In this document: in pieces, positions 10,955 through 23,475 of the stretch | Position numbering within the stretch: position 1 is the first letter of the stretch | Layout of the letters: the number at the start of each line of letters is the position of its first letter | DNA from: Azolla caroliniana | Taxonomy: Eukaryota; Plantae; Polypodiophyta | Assembly (NCBI GenBank): GCA_043228905.1 | Contig: JBHGNT010000005.1 | Location: forward strand, 13,950,001 to 14,014,000 | Length of the DNA stretch: 64,000 nt | Reading direction: 5' to 3' | Position numbers and translations under genes: made by a program | Notes under the pieces: generated by a model | What the model was told of the DNA's origin: nothing | The model's database searches: none | The model's input: only the letters and a program-made list of their open reading frames with translations

Positions 10955-13900
10955 ATGGCTCAAATTAACGACCCGATGTCATCCGCTCAAGCGGAAGGAA
11001 CTCAAGGGAATCCTCCTGGACAAATGTCCACTGAGATGTATTTGGCACAAATAACCCAATACCTTAGTTTCACCGCTCAACAGATGACCGAACTTCGGCA
11101 ATCTCAGAGTGCTCTTGAGGCATGTGTCATTAGTCTACAACGTGAGACTAATAGACCAGATGAGCGACAAGGTGAACCATCATTTGTCGTTAAGCCATTT
11201 ACGGGAGACAAAAAGGAAAGAACCGAAGAAGCAATCTGCACATGGCTGGGACGATGGGAGTCTCATTTTGAGCTCTATCCCACGCCAGATAGTACGAAGA
11301 TTGCATATGTCGGCCGAGAACTCGGGGGTAAGGCCGCCGCCTGGTGGCGTGGCCTCCGTACTATGGGGAAATTGCCCGATACCTGGACAGATTTTGTCAC
11401 GGTTTTTAAGGGCCAATTTCTACAACCTCCCTCTCGAACCGAGGCAGCACAAGCTTTAATGAACCTCTCTAGCAGGAAATTTTCCTCGCTAGAAGACTAT
11501 GTTCACCATGCTAGAACCCAAATCCAAAAATCAGGTCTAGAAGGGGACAATTGGTTGATAGCTTGTTTTGTCAATGGCATCCCCAATTCGGACTATCACT
11601 GGATAGTGCACGATAAGGATCCAAAATCCTTCGAAGAGGCCGTTGAAATAGTTCTTCGCTATCAACGCACTTCGAAGAAGGACCATAACAAACCCAACGA
11701 AGCGCCCGGGACTAAGCAGTTGCAATTTGTTGGGAAACGCAAGACACCCAACGAATTCCTGGATCGCGATTGTAAGCGACAACATCCTTTTTGTGTATTC
11801 TGCAAAAAGAAGGGTCATACAAAAGATCAATGTCGAAAGCTCCAACGGAAAGAGCACGACAACAAAGCTAAAGCTGCAGACCATAAAGGTCAGATTCCTA
11901 ATGTCCTTCAGGTCTATACACATCATTTAAGTAATTGTCAATGTTCTTTCCCTCACTATGTATTGGGTCCCAATGATTTACTACGTGCAAACGGGTATAT
12001 CAATGGATCTCCCGTACAATTTTTATTTGATTCGGGAAGCTCACACAATTTTGTGAATGATCGTTTGGTTCAGATATGGGGCATCCAACCCACCGTAAGT
12101 GATCACACCTACACGGTGCACTTGGCTGATGGAAGAGTACAATACATCAACGGGGTGATTCATTCATTAGGAATTTCTATTGATACTTATATAGAGGAAG
12201 TCGACTTCCATGTAATGAATCTTTGTACCACCGATGTAATACTGGGTTATCCCTGGTTTTATAATAAAAACTCTTCTTTATTTATTGATTGGGTTCGTCA
12301 TTCCATTTCTTTTGTACTGAACGATTGTACGCATTTTATTCAATGTGTAAAAAAACAATCCCTCTCGATTGTTTCCTCGTGTCCATCAATATCCGAGTTG
12401 TCTTGTTCTACGTTATTTTATTGTGTACTTGATCCGGACATTCACGTTTACAATATCGATAATGTCCCGATTCAATTAACATATTTTGAACAACAACAAC
12501 TTGATGAAATCTTAAATGATTTTCATGATGTTTTTCCAAGTGAACTACCTGATGGGTTACCTCCTAAACGTAATATAGACCATCGTATAGATATTGTACC
12601 TAGTGTTGCACCAATAAGTATACCTCCGTATCGCTTAAGTCGATCCGAAGAAGATGAGGTATCTAAGCAACTCAAGGACTATTTACGAATGGGTTATATA
12701 CGTTATAGTAAATCTCCATGGGGTGCACCAGTTCTCTTGGTTAAAAAGAAAGAGGGCACATGGCGTATGTGTATTAATTACCGACGCTTGAATAAAGTGA
12801 CGATCAAGAATTCGTATCCATTGCCCCGGGCTGACGATCTAATTGACCGTCTCCAGGGAGCTCGGTATTTTACGAAACTTGATCTCCGTACTGGCTACCA
12901 TCAAATACGAATAAGTGAGGACGATGTTCCTAAAACGGCATTTCATACGCGCTATGGCCATTACGAGTTTTTGGTTATGCCTTTTGGTTTGACCAATGCT
13001 CCGGCTACTTTTCAACAAGAAATGAATGACATTTTCCGAGAACAACTTGGAAATTTTGTAGTTATTTTCTTGGATGATATTTTAGTTTATAGCCGTACAT
13101 TACAAGAACATGCTAGACATGTCCGCTTTGTTTTACAAACATTGCGTGACAAACAGTTTTATGCGAAGATCTCAAAATGTGAGTTCTTCAAGAAATCAAT
13201 TACTTATCTAGGACATCTCATAACCGAACGAGGAGTTGAAATTGATCCTTCTCGCATTGAGAAAATCAAGCTTTGGCCCACTCTTCGGAATATTTGAGAA
13301 GTTCGATCATTCCTTGGTTTTGTGGGGTTTTTGCGAAAGTCTCTTCGTAATTACTCCCAGTTGACGACGCCGTTTACTGATCTTTTAAAAGGTCAAACGC
13401 GTAAGTCTACAAAACCTATTGTGTGGAATGCTACACTAGACCTTGCATTTAAGGAACTCAAGGACCTGGTTTGCAAGGCTCCTTCACTTCTTTTACCTGA
13501 TCCTTCAAAACCTTTTGAGGTCGAAACCAATGCAAGCGATTATGCTATAAGTGTTGTCTTGTATCAAGATGGTAAACCAATAGCATTTGAGAGTAAGAAA
13601 CTTGATTCTGCTCAATGTCGGTATACCGTTCAAGAAAAGGAATTATTTGCAGTTATACATGCGCTCAAAACATGGCGCCATTATCTTTATGGAAATCACT
13701 TTGTGGTAACTACGGACCACGAGTCCTTGAAATATTTTTGTGACCAACAAGACCTGAAAGGTCGTAAGGCACGATGGGCTGATCTCATCCAGGACTTTGA
13801 TTTTTCCATACGATATCGTAAAGGTTCCATGAACATTGTCGCTGATGCACTAAGTCGCATCCGTGAAGTTAACACGCTTAGCTTCACTGAAATATCATCA

Positions 13901-15388
13901 GATCTTTATGATCACCTTCGAGGAAAGTATCCTGATGACAATTATTTCGCAAAATACTGGGCTAGAGTTGAGTCTGGAACAGACACCACCACATCCTTGA
14001 AGGAATACTTCCACATTGCTAACGGTTTGCTCTACCGTAATGGGAAGGTTTGTGTTCCAGATTTACCCGAGGTCAAAAAGAGGATTCTTTTTGAATGCCA
14101 TGATGCACCCTCAGCAGGGCACCCTGGAATACATCGTACACTCGTTCTCATCTCCACTCAATTTTATTGGCCTAAGATGCGTCCTGACATACATAGCTAT
14201 GTGACTAAATGTCACCAGTGTCAGGTTAACAAAGCCGAGGGACTTAAAGCTGCAGGACTTTTACATCCCCTGGACATTCCCAATAATAAGTGGGAAAGTA
14301 TATCCATGGATTTTATTGTTAGCCTTCCTCGCACCCAAAAAGGTCATGATGCCATCTGGGTTGTCGTTGATCGACTAACTAAAATGGCCAGATTTATTGC
14401 TACTAAAACCACGGTAACAGCTCCTGAATTGGCTTACCAATTCGTTGACGAATTGTTTCGTTTTTATGGGTTACCGATGGATATCGTGAGTGATCGAGAT
14501 CCAAAGTTTACTAGTGACTTCTGGACACAAGTCTTTAAGAAGTTAGAAACTACGTTGAGCATGAGTTCCACGGATCATCCTCAATCCGATGGACAGACAG
14601 AACGAGTAAATCAAATTATTGAGGACATGCTTCGAGCATACGTTGGTGCAAAACCAACAAAATGGGAACGTTATCTCCCAATTTTGGAGTTTGCTTATAA
14701 CAGCTCCAAGCATACGTCGACGGGATATAGTCCTTTTATATTGATGTATGGTTTTCAGCCACGAGCCCCGATTGATGTTACTATACATCATGATGAGTTG
14801 CGAAGTACGCAAAACTTTCTTCGGGATATGCAAGATATGTTGCATATTGCACGAGATAATATAAAAACAGCTCAAGATAGAGCACGTTTTTATGCCGATC
14901 ATCATCGGCAACCTCGTGTATTCAACCCTGGACAGAAGGTATTTTTACGTGTACCTCACAATTCTAAGACACTGTCTATGGGTAAGTGCGCTAAGTTAGC
15001 CCCACGGTTTTGTGGACCTTTTACAGTCCTCAAACGCATTGGGTCATCAGCCTATCGTCTCGCTCTTCCCGATGGTGTCGGAATTCATCCAGTCTTTCAT
15101 GTGAGTCGTCTAAAAGAACTTCTAGGTTCTGGCGACAATACAGTTACGACTGAAACTCTTGTTACTTCTGAAGAATTATCTTCTAAACCACATGTACCAG
15201 AAAGAATTCTCGATGTTAAAACAAAAAAATTACGTACTAAAGAAATCCGAGAATTCAAAATAAAATGGATGGATAAATCAATAAAAGATGCCACATGGGA
15301 ACGCGAAAATACTCTTAGAACTAACTTCCCTAACTTTCCATTGCAAGAGTGCAATGTTTTAAAGAGGGGGAGTATGTTACGGGCATGA
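10955..15388 (+). pseudogene. Gag-Pol polyprotein of element F (gag, CCHC, PR, RT, RNase H, integrase, chromodomain-like tail) with one premature stop at 13295-13297
   Basis: ORFs 10955..13297 and 13322..15388 are in the same frame. Motifs: [84 protein letters not shown]. Confidence 0.93.
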
Positions 15389-18300
15389 CCATATAATATC
15401 CCGTGGTAAGAATTTACCGTAGTATTCTATACACGTGGATAAGTGTGAGGGTTAAATGAGAGTGTAAAGAAGGGGAGGATTACTTTTAATCCTCGGGATT
15501 GAGACAACCCATTAGGTCAACTGTGAACTTGCCTGGGGGCCTTGGGTTTCGCTATAAATAAGAGGCCTAGCTACCCTCATTTGATCATCTTTTGACTACA
15601 TCGAGACTCTGCTCGTGTGGTGGGTCAACTCTTGTAGCGAGCGCGCCAGCACCAGGTACGACTCGACGCCACGACGGTGGTATGGGACGTCGATCGAGGC
15701 TTGAGTCCATCTCGATCCCTTCGCTCGGGGGTGGTCGGGTGGATTGGCACCCTTCTTTCTCTTTCTCCTTTCTATCTTTCATTTCTTTATCCTTATCTTA
15801 AGCTTACTTTAGTACCAAGATCTATAATAGAAATCTTCTATTTATACTACATGGCATGCATACTTGTTGCACGCATGTGAATCTACAATAGAGCATGTAG
15901 GTATGCATGCATGTGCCAAGTGTAAATACTACAAGGGAGCAACTATGCACATGATGCTAGCAAAACAATAAGGACCAATTATATACATAACTGTGTACTA
16001 GATATATTGGTTAACCCATGATACTATATTATAACATGGTCGTGTCAAGAGTTCGAATCTTGACATTCTCCCCCCTCCAACACTGCCTTCCCAAATCGGC
16101 CGCTCGTTTGTGGGGATATCGGTGATGAAAATCTTGGATGACCTTTGGGGCATTTTGTAAATTTTCCGATGGTTCCCACGTGGCCTCAGACATGGGGTAA
16201 CCCTTCCATAGGACAAGGTATTGCAAGTGTCGATGGTGCCAATGCGAGTCAAGGATTTGGTCGACCTCGTATTCCTCCCCTGTCGTCAATTGCACAGGTG
16301 GTGGTGGAGGGGCCTGACGTCCCGGGAGTTGTGAAGCATAATGGGGTTCGAGGAGGGAGACATGAAAAACATCATGAATCCGGAAGTGGGATGGAAGGGC
16401 GAGCCGGAAGGCGACGGGATTGATGCACTCGATGATACGGAATGGTCCCAACTTCTTATAATCAAGTTTCACACATGGACAAGTAGTAGAGATGTGTCGA
16501 CATAACAACCAGACCATGTCTCCAACGACAAAGTGTGGAGTGGCAGATCGATGGCGATCAGCCTACTGCTTGTATCGTTCACTAGCAAGACTAAGCTCCA
16601 AGCATAAATCATGATGTAGTTCTTCCAAAATGTGAGCACGATCCTCTGCCGAAATGTTGAAGCAAGGATGTAAACCATAGTTGGCAAAGAAGGGAGTGAC
16701 GCCAGTTGATGCATGGAGAGAATTATTGTAGGCAAATTCCGCAAGCGAATGTAAGTTGACCTAATCATCTTGTTGGTAACTAACAGAGCACCGAAGATAC
16801 TGCTCAAGGATTTGGTTGCCACGCTCCGTTTGCCCGTCAGTTTGGGGGTGATAAGTGGATGACAACTTAAAAGAGATGCCTAAAGTTTGTAGCAGGCACT
16901 GCCAGAAATGAGAGACAAACTGGGGTCCGCGATCGAAGATGACATCATCGGGGGGAGTCCATGCAAGCGTACCACATTGTTGAGTAGTAGATGCACCATT
17001 CCTTCTCCAGAAATGGTTTTGGAGCATGGAGTGAAGTGAGCCATCTTCGTAAAACGATCAACAACGACCAACACCAAGTCATAGCTATTGACCAAGGGTA
17101 GATTAGTTATCAGGTCCATAGAGATAGAGGCCCAAGGACAACGAGGACATGGAAGCTGTTGTAGTAAGTCGTATGGCCGATGATGAATGGCTTTGGAGCG
17201 AGCACAAACCTCACAACTCTTTATGTATTCTTTGACCAACTTCCATGGTTGTGGCCACCAATACCCCCGAGAGATTAGCTTGAGGGTTTTCGCGACCCCG
17301 AAATAACCTGCAAGTGGGTCATCGTGGCATTCCTGCAACACCTGGGTGCGACATGGGTCCTCTGGGATGTATAAGAGATGATCTCGAAACAAAAAACCCT
17401 CTTGTATGGTAAAGGTGTCAAGATCCTTCCTTTTGGTCGCCTTGGAGGGGTTTTGCAGACTATCTCGAATCTCGTTGGCGAACGCATCGGTCTTGGATGC
17501 ATCAGTGATCTGTTGGAGTAATGAATCATCCTGCAACATACAAGTGGCAAAAAGATGCAATTGGTCGAGTTTCAACAAACTTCTAGATTGTTGAGCATAA
17601 GCAGCATCCCCGCGGCGGAGTGCAAGGTCAGCTTGGCGAGAAGGGGCATCGGTCGTCCCATGTTGGTCACTAGGTCGAAATACGATCTCAAAATCGTAGT
17701 CGGCGAGAAATGTCGACCAACGGGCCTGCCTTCAATTCAAAGTACGAGTGGGGGAAAAATAAACTAAATTGATAGCAGCAAGCTCCTTGTCGTATATGGG
17801 ATAATTGATTTCAGATGCCGTGAATTTCCGGGAGTAGTAAGCCACTGGGTGCATTAGGTTGGTGTCGTCTGCCTGGGATAAGATGGCACCAATGGTGAAG
17901 TCAGAGGCATCGGTTTCGACTTGGAAGGGTTTTGTGGGGTCAGCATGTAGCAGCACCAGGGCAGTGATGAATGCGTGTTTGAGTGAGTCGAACGCATTTT
18001 GCGCTTCCGAGGTCCATAAAAATGGAGTGACTTTACAGGTGAGAGCGATAAGAGGTTGTGTTAGGGTGGAAAACCCCTTGATGAAGCGACGGTAAAAATT
18101 TGCGAAGCTGAGGAAGGATTGCACATCTTTAAGTCGCCTTGGAGTCGCCCAGGCCTGAATGACAGAGACCTTCTTCATATCCATGGTGATGCCAGTGGGC
18201 GACAACAAAAAGATCAAGATATTCCCGGAATATATCGTTCATCATATGTTGAAAAACTGCAGGAGCATTAGTAAGACCAAAAGGCATTACCTTGTATTCG

Positions 18301-20390
18301 AAATGCCCATACCGTGTTCGAAATGCGGTTTTCCATTCATCCCCCGGCTTGATGCGTACTAGATTGTACGCTCCACGCAGATCAACTTTGGAGAAGACAC
18401 GCGCAACTCGGAGCCGATCAAGGAGTTCGGGGATCAGAGGTAGCGGAGAGCGGTTGCGCACAGTGAGTTTGTTGAGACCTCAGTAGTCAACGCATAAGTG
18501 TAGAGAGCCGTCCTTCTTCTTCACAAATAAAATGGGGGCCCCGGCTGGTGACTTAGAAGGTTGAATAAATCCTTTCTCGAGGTTCTCATCGAGATACACA
18601 CGAAGGGCTTTCAACTCTGGTGCAGACAACGTATATAGAGGACCAAAGGGTGGACACGCACCTTCTTGAAGATCAATCGGACAGTCGTAGAGCCGGTGTT
18701 CAGGCAAACGATCAACATTACATTTTTCAAATACGTCGGAGAAGTGTTGGTATTTTTCGGGAATAACATGGAGTGTGTTAGAAATGGCGCCACAAACAAA
18801 CCCATCCTGGACCGATGATGGGGTAGTCAATTCGGAGTCGACCGTCTCTGAAGGATAGGAAACTGAATTTACCTTCATACTTTTGCACGAGTATCTTGGC
18901 TTGCTAAATGTGATTGAGCGGTTGCACCAATATACTATTGGATTGTGCGCCTCCAACCACGTTAGTCCTAAGATAATCGGATGTCGAGGAGATGCGATGA
19001 GGTAAAAGGCGAGCTCCTCTTGGTGTGAGCCCACACAAAGTCCTAATGGGATTGTAGCTTGAATAATTGCACCTGATGAGAGGACGCACCCGTCGATGGC
19101 TTCAATGGGAATGGGTTTTGAGAGGCCAACGACAGGTACGCCATGTGCTTGGGCAAACGCGATGTCGATGAAGCAAGAAGATGCCCTAGAATCAAGTAAA
19201 GCAACAGACTGAATGGAATTAGAGTTAAATGAAAGCCATACCTTTAATGTGAAATTGCCTAATGGTTCGGCAATGGAACCAAGAGAATGTGGGCGAGGGG
19301 AGATGTCCAGTTGCATGGCTCCTACTGCAACCGAACGATGTCATTGTCCGGATGGTGGGGTTCGTTAGCTCGATGGAATTGTTGGCGATTACTCCTAGGA
19401 AAATGGCGAACGACATGACCGGAGGCGCCACAATACATGCACAAGCCATTAGCCCGCCGAAATTGTCATTCGGCATCAGTCAATGGCTGAAATCGGGCTT
19501 GATCAATTTCCATGAGGACAGGAGCATCTGCCAAAGTAGGGGAGTGTGACGCAGTCGGTGGGGGGGATGGTTCGGGTTGTATGACCGCGGTGTGTCGTGG
19601 AAGTGAATGAGGTGGAACCCAAGTTCGGCGCTCTTCCTGGCGAAATTCGAATAGACGATTGTCACAATGGACTGCTTGTGAAATCGCTTGGGATAACAAG
19701 GTGGGCTCCGGAAAGTTTAAGAGAAGATTCTTGACATTGCTTTGAAGGCCGCGCCGAAAGTGATCAACTAAAGCTTGATCATCCCAATTGACGTCGCATG
19801 CTAGTTGTCGAAATTCTGAAGCATAGACCGAAGCTGCACGTGAACCTTGTTCAAGGGCATAAATCGTGTTAAGAGTTGTACGTTGTCGGTCCGTCTCTCC
19901 AAATGTGGCCTCTAACTCGGCGAGGAAGGCGGGAAAGTTCTCTAATAGAGGTGAAGAGGTTTCTACCAATGGTGCAAACCAAGCTTGGGCCGGACCGGAG
20001 AGAAGGGTGCCCACAAGGCTGACTTGTCGAAGACCATCTCCATAACGTTGAGGTTGTAGCCGAATGATAAGTCAAACTTGGTTGATGAACCCTCGGAAAC
20101 GCGACCTCGTTCCATCAAATTTTTCTAGGAGGCTAACCTTAGGCTCAAGAAAATGCGACGAAGCTAGGCTAGATGTTGGTAGAAGATCAGGCTCTAGGCT
20201 AGGTTGTTGTGGGAGACTAGGTTTCGAGGGTTGTGAGGATAGGGAGGCACCGACTTGAAGTTTTTGTAAAGAATTTCGAAGAGCTTCATTTTCAAGCTAC
20301 AGTTGTCGTAAGGCTACCATTATTTGGCCTAACTCACTAGTTGAGTCGGACATAGCTATGGCTTATGAGAGGGAGAGTTATGAGGATGGG

Positions 20391-20523
20391 AAGGTGAACA
20401 AACTGTCACGGATAGATCATAAGCTCAAGAAACAAGAAAGAAGATAGACAAATGGATGAGTAGTACTCCATTAACTGGTGTTGTTCACCTTGAATTCCTT
20501 CAAGGTGAAATCCTCTATCTATA
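20391..20523 (-). promoter_or_regulatory. Element E self-priming PBS, complementary primer in the LTR, and TATA box
   Basis: The minus-strand PBS TTGTTCACCTT (20391-20401) lies 2 nt after the LTR and is complementary to LTR sequence AAGGTGAACAA (20481-20491). TATA(G/A)ATAG starts 32 nt upstream of that sequence. Confidence 0.8.
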
Positions 20524-21539
20524 CTACATGGCATGCATACTTGTTGCACGCATGTGAATCTACAATAGAGCATGTAGGTATGCATGCATGTGCCAAGTGT
20601 AAATACTACAAGGGAGCAACTATGCATATGATGCTAGTAAAACAATAAGGACCAATTATATACATAATTGTGTACTAGATATATTGGTTAACCCATAATA
20701 CTATATTATAACATGGTCGTGTCAAGAGTTCGAATCTTGACATCGGCTTCTTCAGTTGATTCGGCCTTTCTGCCTTTAGCCGATCCGGTTTCATGTTGAG
20801 CTTGCTACTCAACTATGTTCTCCAGTGGACCTCCACATATTTCAAGAATGAAATAACCCTTTCATGTACAAAACAATGAAAGTTAAACATATTTGTGAGT
20901 TGCCGAATCAATACTCACTGCATATCCTCGTGATCTTCATAGTCTTCTATGAATACTCCACCTCAATAAAGAAATGAGGAAGGTTCATCATTGTTGCATC
21001 ATTGAGGATATATAGTATAAGAAACACCCATTAAAATGACAAGCATGTCTTGTTTGCAACTCTTAGCTCTAAAATTTAGGTTTAAAGCCCATGATTACCA
21101 CACAATCAAATGAAAAGACATTGGTTTTCCTAGGATCCCATATAGTTTTATTTTTCTTTTGAGCATTTCAAAGAACATTAAGATATTCCTTCCATTGAAG
21201 AGTGGGGAGACTTCTATAATTCTCTTAATCTTAGTTTCTAGACCGTCTTCATCATGCTTTACCAGAACATGTGCTTCACAACTTCCATCACCTTCATAAT
21301 CTCATCATTTCATTGACTTGATGATTTAATATCTTCATGCAAGCACTTTGACGTTGGGTTTGGGTAGTGGGAGAGCCTATAAAGTTGCTGAATCAAGATA
21401 CAAAGTAGGTCATGTGCCTCTATATTCTGCATGTCACACCAACATTAAAAAACAAGGGTAGATAGATTTTATTAATCTTCCTCTAAGGTCAAATATGACT
21501 TACAGTAAAAAGAATACAATGTATGGCCGAGAGAGATTT

Positions 21540-21728
21540 GGGGGGGGGGGGGGGGGGGGGGGAGATGTGGCACATGGATATATTTGTGCTTACTCCAATT
21601 GTGGTGGTGGGGAGAGACCATGGCCACTAGCTAACATTTTCTTAGGGTGTGCTTCATGAAAGGAAGGGGTGGGTGGGTGGGTGGGTAGGTGGGTGAGACT
21701 TGAAAGGGAAGGGAGAAGGGGAAGGGGA

Positions 21729-21770
<42 letters not shown>

Positions 21771-21985
21771 ACGTAGATACGTTTCTTTAGCAACAAGAAG
21801 TAGAAGAGAGACCGAAAAGGGTGTGTTGTTTCTTTTGTGTCCATTTTTTTATTATTATAGTTGCTACTTTACAAATTATCTTATCTTGCTTGTTTTGGCT
21901 TTGTCCATGGGTGAGCCAGCTCCTCCTAAGTGTGAAAAAGAAGGAAATTGCTAACTCCAGCAAACCCACTCCCCCAATACAAACA

Positions 21986-22025
<40 letters not shown>

Positions 22026-22632
22026 TACATCACATACATATTACATTTACATTTACATTTACATTACATACATATATGTATGTACATACTGATACCACAA
22101 CACGTCCACGCTACTCCTCCCTCCATCCATCCCTTGGGGAAAGGGGAGCTCTTTATACACACATATATATGCATATATAAGTCGCCTCCTCGTCCTCCTT
22201 ATATCCTCATGTCTTCAAAATCCTTTGTCATCACACACACACACACACACACACACAGAGGAGAGAATCACCCCGATTATTCAAAAGAAAACAGGATTGA
22301 TTAATAAAACCCACACACACACACACACACACCTGCTATCCATATGGCCCTTATAAATCCACTTCCACTAGTTAGTACCATTAATTATTCTCTGCTTGCC
22401 TCACTCATTACTCTGCTCTCCCTCTCCAATCTTCTTCTACTCCCCCCCCTCGGCCTTGTTTTCTGTGAAGATGCCACTAAATTTCTTTCTTGGAATGTGA
22501 CGTACAGCAACATGGTCATCATTGGCAACAAACCGAAGCAGGTACATATGCAATTCATTGAGTTTTGGCGGCAATATGCTACATACATGTACTATATATA
22601 TACATATTGATATATATATACACACACACACA

Positions 22633-22663
<31 letters not shown>

Positions 22664-23475
22664 CTACTACTACTACCACCGGCCGGCCTAATAATGTAAG
22701 AAGTAACGAATATTCTCATTCACTGCGTAAAATTCTCGCTAATTACTATCCTACTAGCGTGTCATTGAGTCAATGCAATAAGCAGAAGGTCACGAAATTT
22801 GTTCTAATCACAATTCCTTCGAATTATGTATTGGTGTGGATGAATGAAAGGATTGGATTGTAAGTGCAGGTGATCACTATAAATGGGAAGTTCCCGGGAC
22901 CAGAGATCGATGCAGTCACCAATGACAACCTGGCTATCAATGTAATGAATAACCTGGATGAGCCCTTGCTAATCACATGGTGCGGTTATTACTTCCTCTG
23001 ACTTAAAATCTTTACACTCATTATGTATATACATACATACATACTGACTGACTGACTGACTGACTGACTGCTACTCCTTCATCTCGCTAAAGCAGCAGCA
23101 CTGCAAGGCTTAATCTCTAATGACGTGTCCTTGAATTCTTTTGGCGCTATAAAATCCAAGCACCTTAATAATAATAATAGGGCTGCCGTTGTTTTGGGCC
23201 TGATAACACACTTTGTCCTACTGCTATAAGTCTATTGTTATTTATGTGTCATGTTCCTCGAAATAATGGGGGAGGGAGCCTAATAAAAAAGAGAAGCCCA
23301 ATCAGGATGGATTATAAAATATAGAATTAAAGGGATACAGAGTTGACTTGGATTGGCACGTCCTTCTTCTTCTTCTTCTTCTTCTTCTTCTTCTTCTTCT
23401 TCTTCTTCATGTATGTGTGTGTTGAATCATCATGTATGTATGTGTATGTATGTATGTATGTATGTATGTATGTAC
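21540..23475. repeat. Microsatellite cluster: poly-G, several (CA)n, (TC)n, (CTGA)n, (TCT)n, (TATG)n
   Basis: Directly visible at about 21540, 21733, 21988, 22232, 22312, 22620, 23043, 23364 and 23433. Confidence 0.95.

Larger units (their letters stand above)
8812..15829 (+). mobile_element. Element F: near-intact chromovirus-type Ty3/Gypsy inserted in the 3' LTR of E
   Basis: TSD GAAAT (8807-8811 / 15830-15834). 455-bp LTRs at 8812-9266 and 15375-15829 with about 11 differences by eye. PBS TGGTATCAGAG 9269-9279; PPT AAAGAGGGGGAG 15361-15372; leader about 1.7 kb. Confidence 0.95.
8693..20742 (-). mobile_element. Element E: Tcn1-like chromovirus (Ty3/Gypsy), full-length but defective; its 3' LTR is interrupted by element F
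   Basis: TSD TCGGC (8688-8692 / 20743-20747). 5' LTR 20404-20742; 3' LTR 8693-8811 + 15830-16065; PPT GGAGGGGGGAGAA next to 16066. Gag 19466-20014, PR LLDSRASSCF, RT/RH 17732-18600, integrase 16469-17578, class-I chromodomain EYEVDQILDS..YLVLWKGY..ATWEP (16029-16517). The RT YxDD region is deleted near 18200. Confidence 0.93.

Noticed and set aside
13295-13297. Programmed stop-codon readthrough in F
   Set aside because: The stop falls in the RT/RNase H connection rather than at the gag-pol junction and is best explained by CpG deamination.
21590-22304. ORFs with HTHT/CVCV repeats
   Set aside because: These are translations of (CA)n microsatellites upstream of the SKS gene.
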